Positions 56,233 through 64,000 of a DNA stretch of 64,000 bases are shown here, in pieces. The number at the start of each line of letters is the position of its first letter. Within the stretch, counting starts at the first letter, position 1. The stretch comes from Terrimicrobiaceae bacterium (GTDB taxonomy: Bacteria; Verrucomicrobiota; Verrucomicrobiia; Chthoniobacterales; JAATET01). The notes beneath the pieces are model-generated. The model saw only the letters and a list, made by a program, of their open reading frames with translations, was not told the origin of the DNA and searched no databases. The translations under genes and the position numbers were made by a program. Where the stretch lies: NCBI GenBank assembly GCA_028713285.1, contig JAQTOP010000010.1, forward strand, positions 207 through 64,206, given 5' to 3'.

Positions 56233-57248
56233 TGAAAAAATCCCCTCGGGCGCGATCCCGGCAGCCGAATCGCACCGTCTCCATCATCGGCACCGGCAGC
56301 TACGTGCCCGAGCGCGTGCTCACGAATGCCGACATCGAGAAGTTCGTTGAGACCAGCGACGAATGGATCACCTCCCGCACCGGCATCAAGGAACGCCGCA
56401 TCGCCGCCGAGGGAGAGCATACCAGCCACATGGCCGCGAAGGCCGCGCAGCGCGCGATGGAACAGGCGGGGGTCACCCCCGGCGAGATCGACGTCATCAT
56501 TCTCGGAACTGTCACTCCCGATACTTTCTTCCCCTCCACCGCCTGCCACGTCCAGCGCATCCTCGGCGCGAAAAACGCCGCCTGTTTCGACATCTCCGCC
56601 GCCTGTTCCGGCTTTCTGTTTGCCGTCGAGATCGCCCAGCAATTCATCACGAACCACACCTGCAACACGGTGCTCGTCATCGGAGCGGACAAGCTCAGCT
56701 CCATCGTCAATTGGGAGGATCGGAACACTTGCGTCCTCTTCGGAGACGGCGCCGGCGCCGCCGTGCTGCGCTACCGCGCCGGCTCCCACGGCGTCATCAC
56801 CACGTATATGGCCAGCGATGGCAACTACGGCGAGATTCTCCACATGCCCGGCGGCGGCTGCGCCCTGCCGATCACACGGGACAACGTCGATCAAAGGCTC
56901 AACACCCTGCACATGAACGGCCGCGAGACCTTCAAGCAGGCCATCATTTCCATGAGCGCCGCCGCGACCATCGCCCTCGAGCAGGCCGGCCTCACCACGG
57001 ACGACCTCACGTGCATCATCCCTCACCAGGCAAACATGCGCATCATCGAGGCCCTCGCCGAACGCATGAAAGTTCCGCTCGGGAAATTCCATGTGAACCT
57101 CGATCGATATGGCAACACGTCGGCCGCCGCCGTCGCCATCGCCCTCGACGAGGCAAACCGCTCCGGCCGTTTCCAGCTCGGCGATTATGTCCTGCTCGTT
57201 GTCTTTGGCGGAGGGCTCACCTACGCCAGCAGCGTGATCCAGTGGTGA
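56232..57248 (+). CDS. fabH: 3-oxoacyl-ACP synthase III
   Basis: The ATG at 56232 shares one base with the plsX stop (TAATG). The active-site Cys is in ISAACSGFLFA, with further blocks IPHQANMRII and YGNTSAAAV. Confidence 0.95.
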   Translation: MKKSPRARSRQPNRTVSIIGTGSYVPERVLTNADIEKFVETSDEWITSRTGIKERRIAAEGEHTSHMAAKAAQRAMEQAGVTPGEIDVIILGTVTPDTFFPSTACHVQRILGAKNAACFDISAACSGFLFAVEIAQQFITNHTCNTVLVIGADKLSSIVNWEDRNTCVLFGDGAGAAVLRYRAGSHGVITTYMASDGNYGEILHMPGGGCALPITRDNVDQRLNTLHMNGRETFKQAIISMSAAATIALEQAGLTTDDLTCIIPHQANMRIIEALAERMKVPLGKFHVNLDRYGNTSAAAVAIALDEANRSGRFQLGDYVLLVVFGGGLTYASSVIQW

Positions 57249-57317
57249 CACTGCGTCGGTGCGAATCCGCATCTTGCGGATCGGGAATCCAAAGTTAGCG
57301 TCAGGGCGGAACCGCTT

Positions 57318-57764
57318 ATGAAAATCCGGCTGCTGTTGGCGTTGCTCCTCACGATGCTTGCCGCCGCCAGCACCTCGCAAGCCGGGTGGGGCCGAGGCTG
57401 CGGATGGGGCGGCCCGCGATTGTTTGGCGGATTCGGTTGGGGCGGCGGATATTGCGCCCCGGCCTACGGCTGGGGTGGCTATTGGGGACCCGCATTCGGA
57501 GTGACGATCGCCGCCCCGGTCGTGGTCTATCGGTCCCAACCCGCCAACTACTACGCCCGCCCCGTCTATGAGGACCGCGCATTCGGCCAGGCCACGCTCG
57601 TCCGCATCCAGGCCCAGCTCGCCCGTCTCGGCTACTATCGCGGCGAGGTCGATGGAGCCTTCGGCCCGCTCACCAGCAGCGCCATTCAGCGCTATCAGGC
57701 CGACTACGGACTGCCGGTCACGGGTCGGCTCGACCGCCGAACCCTCGTCACTCTCGGTGTCTAG
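57318..57764 (+). CDS. Secreted protein with G/W-rich N-region and C-terminal peptidoglycan-binding (PG_binding_1-like) domain
   Basis: The protein has a signal peptide MKIRLLLALLLTMLAAASTSQA and a low-complexity region GWGRGCGWGG..GFGWGGGY..YGWGGYWGP. The C-terminal block is LARLGYYRGEVDGAFGPLTSSAIQRYQADYGLPVTGRLD. Confidence 0.8.
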   Translation: MKIRLLLALLLTMLAAASTSQAGWGRGCGWGGPRLFGGFGWGGGYCAPAYGWGGYWGPAFGVTIAAPVVVYRSQPANYYARPVYEDRAFGQATLVRIQAQLARLGYYRGEVDGAFGPLTSSAIQRYQADYGLPVTGRLDRRTLVTLGV

Positions 57765-60700
57765 CGCCCCTCGCCGATCGTGACCCTTCGGCTTTCGCCG
57801 TTGCAGCGAATCTCGGGCGCATACATCGCCTGACCACAGACCGGCAGAGCGGAAAATTCCCCGGCGGTTTCGGTCCGAAGATCGTAACGGATGGCCCAGG
57901 TGCCTTGCGGCAGTTTGCGAATGAACAGCGCCACTTTGCGGTCGCGCAGTTCGCAGTAAACAGGAAGCCGCTCGCCATTCATTCCCTCCGCATCGACGAG
58001 CCCGCCGCTGCGCACATCGACCGCCTCGAGTCCGGCGGGCTTCAAATCTTCGACAAGGACATAATCGAGATCGTTCTTCGCATCGAGGGTCAACACGACC
58101 GTGACGCGCTGATCCGTCGGCGCGGATTCACCCTCCTTCCACGGCACGCGGTCGAATCGGTAGCCGTCGAGCAGGGTCAACTGCGAGGCCTGGCGAAAAT
58201 ATTCGCGCTTTACGAAGAGCTCGCTGCCCGCCGCGGGAATCGGATGTTCCAGCGTGAAGAACTTTGCCTGCGCCGAGAGATAGATCGGACCGTCGCCATC
58301 CGAGCGACGCAGTGCAATCTCGTTTTCGCCGTCGCGGAGCAGCGACCGGTCGATCTCGAACCGCGACTGCCCGTCGAGCGCGGTCGCATTTCTCACTTCG
58401 GCCGCCAGTTTGCCATTCACCTCGATGCGGAATGACGCCGCCTTGCCGAGATCCTTCGTCGCGGCGAGGTAGCGGTTGATCGCGAGCACGGTGATCGCCG
58501 TGTCGCGAGTGTTCGACCACTGCGCACCCCGGCGGTTCTTCACGAGCCAGTTCATCGCGGGCTCGATGAGATCGCTCTGCGGCTCGATGGCGAGCAGCGC
58601 CTGCAATGCGAATGCGGTCGCCTCGACCCCGCCGTCCTGCCACGCCCGAAACATCCCTTCGCTGCCCCAATGCGCCGTCGGAACGATGGCAGCGTTCGTG
58701 TTCTGCGCCGTCGGAACGATGGCAGCGTTCGTGTTCTGCGCCGTCGGATTCGCCTGACCCCCGGCCGTCGCAGAAGAAACATCCGGCTGCGCGTCGCGAA
58801 TGACTCCGTCGCGCAAATTCCGCACGAGCGTCCGCGCCTTCGCGCTGTCGCCGAAGCCATGGGCCGCGAGCGCAAACAGCGCGCGGCCGTAGGCGGTGAG
58901 CTGGTCGCGCCTGTTCCAGAGATTGTCGAGAGCGGCGCGTTCTTCGCTTGCGATGGAGCCGCCTGCCTCGTGCTGGATGGCAAGCGCGTGGAGCAGCCAC
59001 GCCTGCAGGTTCGGCTCGTCCCGCGCATCGATCAGATGCAGGCGCAGCCAGGCATTGGCATGGTCGAGCCGGTCGGAGCGCACGGCCACACCCGCCTGCT
59101 GGGCAAGCCGCAGACCCCACACGACATACGCCGTCATGAAGGCGTCGCTCGCATCGCCCTTCCACCAGCCCCAGGCGCCGTCGCCGTGCTGGGAGTCCGC
59201 CAGCCGCGCCATGCCCCGCGCGATGGCGGCATCGAGTTCCCCGAGACCGGCGTCGCCGGCCGTCTTCGGATGCGTCTGCACAAGGAACTCCGGCTCGATG
59301 CCGCCGAAAATGCGATTCGCCACCGCGCCCCGGTCCAGCCCGAGCGATTGGAGCGTGCGCGCGGTGACGGCCGCCGGAAGGAAACGGCTCATGGTCTGCT
59401 CGACGCAGCCGTAGGGATAGCGAATGAGATAGGGCAGCGCGTCGAGCGCCGCGGCGGCAAGGCTCGGCGTCGCGGCGACGACGAGCGTCTCCGAGCCGCG
59501 ACGCCGCTCCGCCGGGAGCGTGAGTTTCCACGTCGCGTCGGCGGCGACGGCCTTGCCCGAGATCGACACCGACTTGTCAATGCCGTCATCGCAAATCGGC
59601 AACACGGCGGCGATTCCATCGTTCGCGCTGCCGCTCGCGGCGGTGAGCGTGAGCTTCGCCGTGCCCGGCTCGGGCGCGCCGAGACGCCACGACGCCCGCG
59701 CATCCCCGTCCGGCTCGATGCGCAGACTTTGTGTCCGTGGCGATCCAGCCAGACCCTCGACGCGCAAATCGGCGTGCGCCGTGATCTGGGCGGAGGTGCG
59801 GTTATTCACCACGCCCGAGATCTCGACCTGATCCCCGGCCACAAGGAAACGAGGCGCCTGCAAGCGTGCGATGAGCGGCTTCGCCGTTCGAGTCGTCGTC
59901 TCGGCAAAACCGAATTCCGCTCCGGCCGTCGCGCCGCGCAGGACCGCCCGCCACGTCGTGAGCGAGTCGGGATATTTGAATTTCACCGTCGCCACGCCGT
60001 CCGAGTCGGTGACGATGCCCGGCTGCCAGAACGCGGTCGCGCTGAAGTTTGATCGCACCGCAATCGCGGCCTCGCCGCCTGCCTGTCTTGTTCCAGATGT
60101 CCGCGGCGCCATCGCGGCTGCGACTGCCGCTTGCGGCGATGCAAGGAGATCGCCGCGCTCGGAGAATTCGCTGCGGGTGACCGGATCACGTTTCACGAAA
60201 AACGGACTGCGCGACATCGAGCTGGTCGGATCGCCGCCCGCCGCGCGCTGTTGTCCGAAAAAGAAATCCACCGGGTTGCCGGCATAGTCCTCCTGGATGT
60301 AGGAGATCGCCTCGTCTGAGACTCCCAGCGCGAACTCGCCCCGCACGGGATCGCCGGCGGCATCCTTCACCGCGAGGCGAAACGCCGCTTCGGCGCCCGG
60401 CAGCGAAGTCGTCGAGGCCGGGCGGATCTCTGCGGAGAGCGCGTTGCGATACGGCGGGAATTTGATTTCCTTCGTGTCGGCAAAAAATTCCAGTCCGCGC
60501 ACGGCGCCGGCGGTGACGAAGACGTTCGGCACGAACCGCGCCTCGCTTTCGAGTTCCACGAGCTTCGAATCGCCGTCGAGATGCACCACCTCCGCGCGGA
60601 ACAAATCGCCGCCCGCATGCACGAGCAAAAGCACGTCGCGGTCCGACGTGTCGGTGGTGATGAGCACCGGCGCCTTGCCGCCGCGTGCGGGAGCGGCGGG

Positions 60701-63394
60701 ATCGACGATGATTTCGACGCCGCCCGAGCGATAGCCGATCATGCCGGCGGCGGAGTCGCTCACCCACACATTCGTCTCCGCCGTCACGGGCGGTCCGTCG
60801 CCATCCGCGCTCGACCATGCAATGCGATAGAACCCCGCGCTCCCGGGGCGAAACGTGTACACGCCCCGCCCGTCGGCATTCGTCGCCACGTTGTCCCGCG
60901 CGACTTCGTCGCCGGTGTATTCCTGCCTGATCAAGCGCCAGCCGGCCTCGCCGGGCGGCGGGAAGACGCCGTGCTTGAGCTTGTCGAGCACGGCGCCGGT
61001 GACTTCGCGCCCCTGCGGATCGAGCCAGACCTCCGTCCACCGCTGGCGCGTGACGGTGAGCGAACCGGGTGCCGCCAGGCGGCGGCCGTTGCCATCCCTC
61101 GCCTCGAAGGAGATTTCCACGGCATCCTTCGGCAGCGCGACGCGGCGGGACGGACGCATCTCGACGAAATACCCCTGCCGCCCCACGACGAGGCTTCCCG
61201 TCGCGACGACTTCGCGACCCGAGGAATCGACCACGCGCGCGGTGATCGTGTAGCGCAGGTCGGTCCGGCCATCGGGCGGCGTCCGCACGCGGATCGCCGC
61301 CGTGCCGTCCGGGCCGGTGCGCACGGTTTCATTTTTGACGATGCGGGCTTCCCCGCCGGCGGGCGGAGGGATCGAGCGGAAGCCCGGTTCCGGCCAGGGA
61401 AGCGGCCGCGCATAGGGCTCCTCGCGCACTTCCACCGCCACTTTGGCGTCGGCGACGGCACCGCCGAAATAATACTCCGCGGAGATCTTCGCCTCGAACT
61501 CGTCCCCGAGCCGAATGCCCGCCTTCGCATCGCCGGCCGCGACGACGCCCACCTTGAACTCCGGCAGCCGGTATTCCTCGAGCCGGAACAGGGTCCCGCC
61601 GCCCAGCGATTCGTCGCCCCGGCGAAACTCGATCCCGTATTCGCCCAGCGCGAGATCGGTGCGCAGCGCCAGCTCTCCCCAGGCCCCGCCGAACTCCGTG
61701 AGCTTCACCTCGCCCTCATCCACCTTCGCCCCGCGCGGATCCGTCACCGTGAATTTCACCAGCGCGCCCGCCGGCGTCGCATAGGAGCCCGCGGCGCGCT
61801 TGCGCGCGATCAGCTTCCACCGCACCGTGTCGCCCGGGCGGTAGGCGGCGCGATCCGTGAATACCTCGATGCGCCATGCCTTCGCGGCCGCGTTGTCGTT
61901 CGCGGCGTAGCCCTGGGCAACGAAGGGCTGGTCTCCGGCCCTGCCGAATAGAAAAAGCCGCCCGTTCTCGCCGGCTTTCGCCTTGGGAAGGTCAAACGTG
62001 ATCAGGCCATCCTTCGCTGGTGGGCCGTCCACGGCCTGCCATCGCCATTGGTCATTCATCGAGCGCGCCCGCCACAGCCGGGCCGTCGCCTCCGCCGCGC
62101 GCGCTCCGGTGCGCGCGTCGCAAAGAAAGGCAACCACCTGCCCGCCGATCGGCTGCACGATGGCTGCGCCGGAGGTCACCACCAGTAGCGCCCGCGATGT
62201 GAGCCCGCCACCGCTCGCTTCGACCTGATAGGTTCCCGCCTCGTCGATGGCTTCGAGATCGAGGATCTTGTCCCGCGGCGCGTAGGGCGCGCCCAGCGTG
62301 TCCGGGTCGGTCCATTGTCGCACGGCTTCTCCCTCCGGCGGCTGCACGGCATCGAGCCACGTTTCGGGAGCCGTGCGCGATGTCGGCCGGAAGTCGCGGG
62401 CGAGATCGACTCGACGGATGGAAAATCGCACGGCGCCGACGTTGCGCCACTGGGCGCGGATGGCGGGCTTCACGCCCGGGAGAAACTGGTTGTCCACCGC
62501 AATGCTCAGCGAGGGGCGCGTGATGTCGTCGATTTGCGCCGAGGCACGGTCGGTGTATTGCGAACGGCCCTTCGGAAACTCCCGCACGAAGCGGCGAAAG
62601 AGCTCGAGCGCGCGCTCGTAGTCCGGCATGAGTGCGAGCTGCCCGCCCTCGCGCCATTGCGCGGACCCCGCCGAGAGGCTCCATTGAGCCAGCTCGAAAA
62701 GCGCGGCCTCATAGACGGCGGTGTCGGGGCCTTCGTCGATGGCGGCCTGAAACTCCCGTCCCGCCCGGCGGCTCGAGAACGGGTCGCCCTCCGCCAGATG
62801 CCAGCGGCCGAGAAAAAAATGCGCACGAGCGCGCGCCTCGGCGTCCGGCGCGATGCGCAGGGCGTTCGAGAGCACGTCCACCGGCACGCGGCGATCTCGT
62901 CCGTTCGCCGAGGGCGGGCCGGTCGCCTTCCAGACGATGCCGAGGTATCGCTCGCGCGCGGGATCCAGGTCGGTCGCCGCGGCCCAGAATTTCAACGCGC
63001 GCTCGTATTCCTTCCACGCCCGGTCCCAATCGCTCCCGATCGCGAGCCAGGAATCGCCGAGCGACTCGGACGCCTCCGCTGCGAGGGCATCCGGGCCGCC
63101 CGCGATCTTCTCGAGCGCCGCGCGCGCCCCGGCGACCTGCTCCGCATCGGGCTGCGACCGCCAGAGCGAATCGGCGAGGTAAAAATCGAGCGTGGATCGC
63201 TCGCCCGCCGGCACGTCGAGCTTCGCCGCCTCGCTCCATGCCTGGTGGGCGAGGGCGTAGGATTGCTCGGAGTAGTATTCGGCGGCCCGCTGCCGAAGCT
63301 CGGCATAGCTCCCCGCCGGCTGCGAGAGCCCGCCGGTCGCCGCGCCAAGCCAGAGGCCGAGCAAAAATGCCGCGCGGAGGAAAGGGCCTTTCAT
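57761..63394 (-). CDS. Alpha-2-macroglobulin family protein (bacterial A2M, thioester-containing) with TPR-like N-terminal extension
   Basis: The 1877-aa ORF has a signal peptide MKGPFLRAAFLLGLWLGAATG and about 300 aa of helical-repeat N-region. Macroglobulin-type beta-sandwich repeats follow. The thioester motif YPYGCVEQTMSRF has its CVEQ codons at 59395-59406. The C-terminus has an A2M receptor-binding-like end. Confidence 0.9.
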   Translation of the reverse strand: MKGPFLRAAFLLGLWLGAATGGLSQPAGSYAELRQRAAEYYSEQSYALAHQAWSEAAKLDVPAGERSTLDFYLADSLWRSQPDAEQVAGARAALEKIAGGPDALAAEASESLGDSWLAIGSDWDRAWKEYERALKFWAAATDLDPARERYLGIVWKATGPPSANGRDRRVPVDVLSNALRIAPDAEARARAHFFLGRWHLAEGDPFSSRRAGREFQAAIDEGPDTAVYEAALFELAQWSLSAGSAQWREGGQLALMPDYERALELFRRFVREFPKGRSQYTDRASAQIDDITRPSLSIAVDNQFLPGVKPAIRAQWRNVGAVRFSIRRVDLARDFRPTSRTAPETWLDAVQPPEGEAVRQWTDPDTLGAPYAPRDKILDLEAIDEAGTYQVEASGGGLTSRALLVVTSGAAIVQPIGGQVVAFLCDARTGARAAEATARLWRARSMNDQWRWQAVDGPPAKDGLITFDLPKAKAGENGRLFLFGRAGDQPFVAQGYAANDNAAAKAWRIEVFTDRAAYRPGDTVRWKLIARKRAAGSYATPAGALVKFTVTDPRGAKVDEGEVKLTEFGGAWGELALRTDLALGEYGIEFRRGDESLGGGTLFRLEEYRLPEFKVGVVAAGDAKAGIRLGDEFEAKISAEYYFGGAVADAKVAVEVREEPYARPLPWPEPGFRSIPPPAGGEARIVKNETVRTGPDGTAAIRVRTPPDGRTDLRYTITARVVDSSGREVVATGSLVVGRQGYFVEMRPSRRVALPKDAVEISFEARDGNGRRLAAPGSLTVTRQRWTEVWLDPQGREVTGAVLDKLKHGVFPPPGEAGWRLIRQEYTGDEVARDNVATNADGRGVYTFRPGSAGFYRIAWSSADGDGPPVTAETNVWVSDSAAGMIGYRSGGVEIIVDPAAPARGGKAPVLITTDTSDRDVLLLVHAGGDLFRAEVVHLDGDSKLVELESEARFVPNVFVTAGAVRGLEFFADTKEIKFPPYRNALSAEIRPASTTSLPGAEAAFRLAVKDAAGDPVRGEFALGVSDEAISYIQEDYAGNPVDFFFGQQRAAGGDPTSSMSRSPFFVKRDPVTRSEFSERGDLLASPQAAVAAAMAPRTSGTRQAGGEAAIAVRSNFSATAFWQPGIVTDSDGVATVKFKYPDSLTTWRAVLRGATAGAEFGFAETTTRTAKPLIARLQAPRFLVAGDQVEISGVVNNRTSAQITAHADLRVEGLAGSPRTQSLRIEPDGDARASWRLGAPEPGTAKLTLTAASGSANDGIAAVLPICDDGIDKSVSISGKAVAADATWKLTLPAERRRGSETLVVAATPSLAAAALDALPYLIRYPYGCVEQTMSRFLPAAVTARTLQSLGLDRGAVANRIFGGIEPEFLVQTHPKTAGDAGLGELDAAIARGMARLADSQHGDGAWGWWKGDASDAFMTAYVVWGLRLAQQAGVAVRSDRLDHANAWLRLHLIDARDEPNLQAWLLHALAIQHEAGGSIASEERAALDNLWNRRDQLTAYGRALFALAAHGFGDSAKARTLVRNLRDGVIRDAQPDVSSATAGGQANPTAQNTNAAIVPTAQNTNAAIVPTAHWGSEGMFRAWQDGGVEATAFALQALLAIEPQSDLIEPAMNWLVKNRRGAQWSNTRDTAITVLAINRYLAATKDLGKAASFRIEVNGKLAAEVRNATALDGQSRFEIDRSLLRDGENEIALRRSDGDGPIYLSAQAKFFTLEHPIPAAGSELFVKREYFRQASQLTLLDGYRFDRVPWKEGESAPTDQRVTVVLTLDAKNDLDYVLVEDLKPAGLEAVDVRSGGLVDAEGMNGERLPVYCELRDRKVALFIRKLPQGTWAIRYDLRTETAGEFSALPVCGQAMYAPEIRCNGESRRVTIGEGR
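58672..58748. repeat. Perfect 33-bp in-frame tandem duplication (2 full copies plus an 11-nt partial third) inside the A2M gene
   Basis: The unit gcgccgtcggaacgatggcagcgttcgtgttct occurs at 58672-58704 and 58705-58737, and its first 11 nt repeat at 58738-58748. The protein reads ..NPTAQNTNAAIVPTAQNTNAAIVPTAHWG.. Confidence 0.95.
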
Positions 63395-63453
63395 CGTTCG
63401 ACAGGATAACGAAGCCGGCGGCCCGAACTTTCAAAAAAAAGCGCCGCCACGGC

Positions 63454-63478
63454 AAAAAAATCGGCCGCGCGCCGCGGC
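63454..63478 (-). terminator. Rho-independent terminator candidate downstream of recA
   Basis: On the minus strand, 3 nt after the recA stop, a 6-bp GC stem (63478-63473 paired with 63469-63464, loop 63472-63470) is followed by CCGATTTTTTT. The T7 tract is the complement of a63454-a63460. Confidence 0.6.
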
Positions 63479-63481
63479 GGA

Positions 63482-64000
63482 CTATTTCTTCTCGGCGTCG
63501 AGGGCGGCCTTCACGGCCTCCTCGATTTCGGCGAAAAGCGTCGCGTCGTTTTTGAGCACTTCCTTGGCGGCGTCGCGGCCCTGGGCGATCTGCGCGCCCT
63601 TGTAGCTGAGCCACGAGCCGCGCTTCTCGAGGATGTTTTTCTCGATGGCGAGATCGAGCAGCGAGCCCGTGTGGGAGATGCCCTCGTTATACATGATGTC
63701 GAACTCCGCCTCGGTGAAGGGCGCGGCGACCTTGTTCTTCACGAGCTTCACGCGGGTGCGATTGCCGGTCACGACACCGTCGCCATTCTTGATCGCGCCA
63801 ATGCGCCGGATGTCCACCCGCACGCTGGAGTAGAATTTGAGCGCCTTGCCGCCGGGCGTCGTCTCGGGGTTGCCAAACATCACGCCGATCTTCTCGCGGA
63901 TTTGATTCGTGAAAATGACGACCGTGTTCGCCTTCGAGATGAAGGCCGTGAGCTTGCGCAGCGCGTTGCTCATCAGGCGGGCCTGCGCGCCCACGACCGC
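63482..64000 (-). CDS. recA: Recombinase RecA, C-terminal ~172 codons (5' end outside the window)
   Basis: The sequence ..[65 protein letters not shown].. is unmistakably RecA. The track start at 63994 is an internal GTG, and the frame stays open to the window edge. Confidence 0.95.
   Translation of the reverse strand, partial: AVVGAQARLMSNALRKLTAFISKANTVVIFTNQIREKIGVMFGNPETTPGGKALKFYSSVRVDIRRIGAIKNGDGVVTGNRTRVKLVKNKVAAPFTEAEFDIMYNEGISHTGSLLDLAIEKNILEKRGSWLSYKGAQIAQGRDAAKEVLKNDATLFAEIEEAVKAALDAEKK

Noticed and set aside
57265-57281. 7-bp stem/3-nt loop hairpin (atccgca-tct-tgcggat) after fabH, as another REP copy or terminator
   Set aside because: The stem sequence is unrelated to the alaS REP family. 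It lacks the flanking GGGGAGCGCGG motif and has no T-tract. It is noted as a possible weak terminator only.
58672-58748. Direct repeats as a possible mini-CRISPR array
   Set aside because: The copies are contiguous with no spacers. There are only about 2.3 units, they lie inside a long conserved ORF, and no cas genes are present. This is a simple tandem duplication.
58128-63614. Many 100-460-aa ORFs on both strands inside the A2M locus (for example 58128..59531 -, 58670..60052 +, 60581..61951 +, 62315..63409 +, 62709..63614 -)
   Set aside because: All are off-frame or antisense to the continuous 1877-aa A2M ORF, which carries the thioester motif. Their translations are Arg/Pro/Gly-rich shadows.

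Overview
High-GC bacterial chromosomal segment. The gene repertoire (Minf_1886-type protein, GH57 branching enzyme, NHL propellers, Tat-signal aldo/keto reductase, many secreted hypotheticals) suggests Verrucomicrobiota, possibly Opitutales-like. That placement is inference only. About 60 genes are tightly packed, with many ATGA/TGATG start-stop overlaps. Most are housekeeping: alaS (partial), hisS, aspS, apaG, gnd, the dnaG-rpoD operon, nfeD, argG, yebC, rho, a GH57 glgB-like gene, hldD, aat, guaA, coaD, yceD-rpmF-plsX-fabH and recA (partial). Accessory content includes a five-gene lipid/glycolipid-type operon with a divergent flippase-like gene (5490-10630), three YkuD L,D-transpeptidases, two NHL-repeat proteins, a Tat-exported beta-carbonic anhydrase and aldo/keto reductase, an AKR/ADH/FucU sugar trio, an orphan VapB-like antitoxin, a frameshifted esterase and an 1877-aa thioester alpha-2-macroglobulin. 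No rRNA, tRNA, CRISPR, prophage or recognisable defence system was seen.

The strongest observation is in alaS. This ORF runs off the window edge, so it is missing from the supplied ORF track and I translated it by hand. Its reading frame is continuous from 1972 to 1 but contains two in-frame REP-type insertions. One is a ~600-nt unit encoding a complete IS200/RAYT-type HUH tyrosine transposase core, flanked by inverted REP hairpins (37-635). The other is a 102-nt miniature element built from the same termini and hairpins (1199-1300).

Many long ORFs in the track are antisense or off-frame shadows typical of GC-rich DNA and were rejected. The track also renders GTG/TTG starts as M, so several starts were re-picked.
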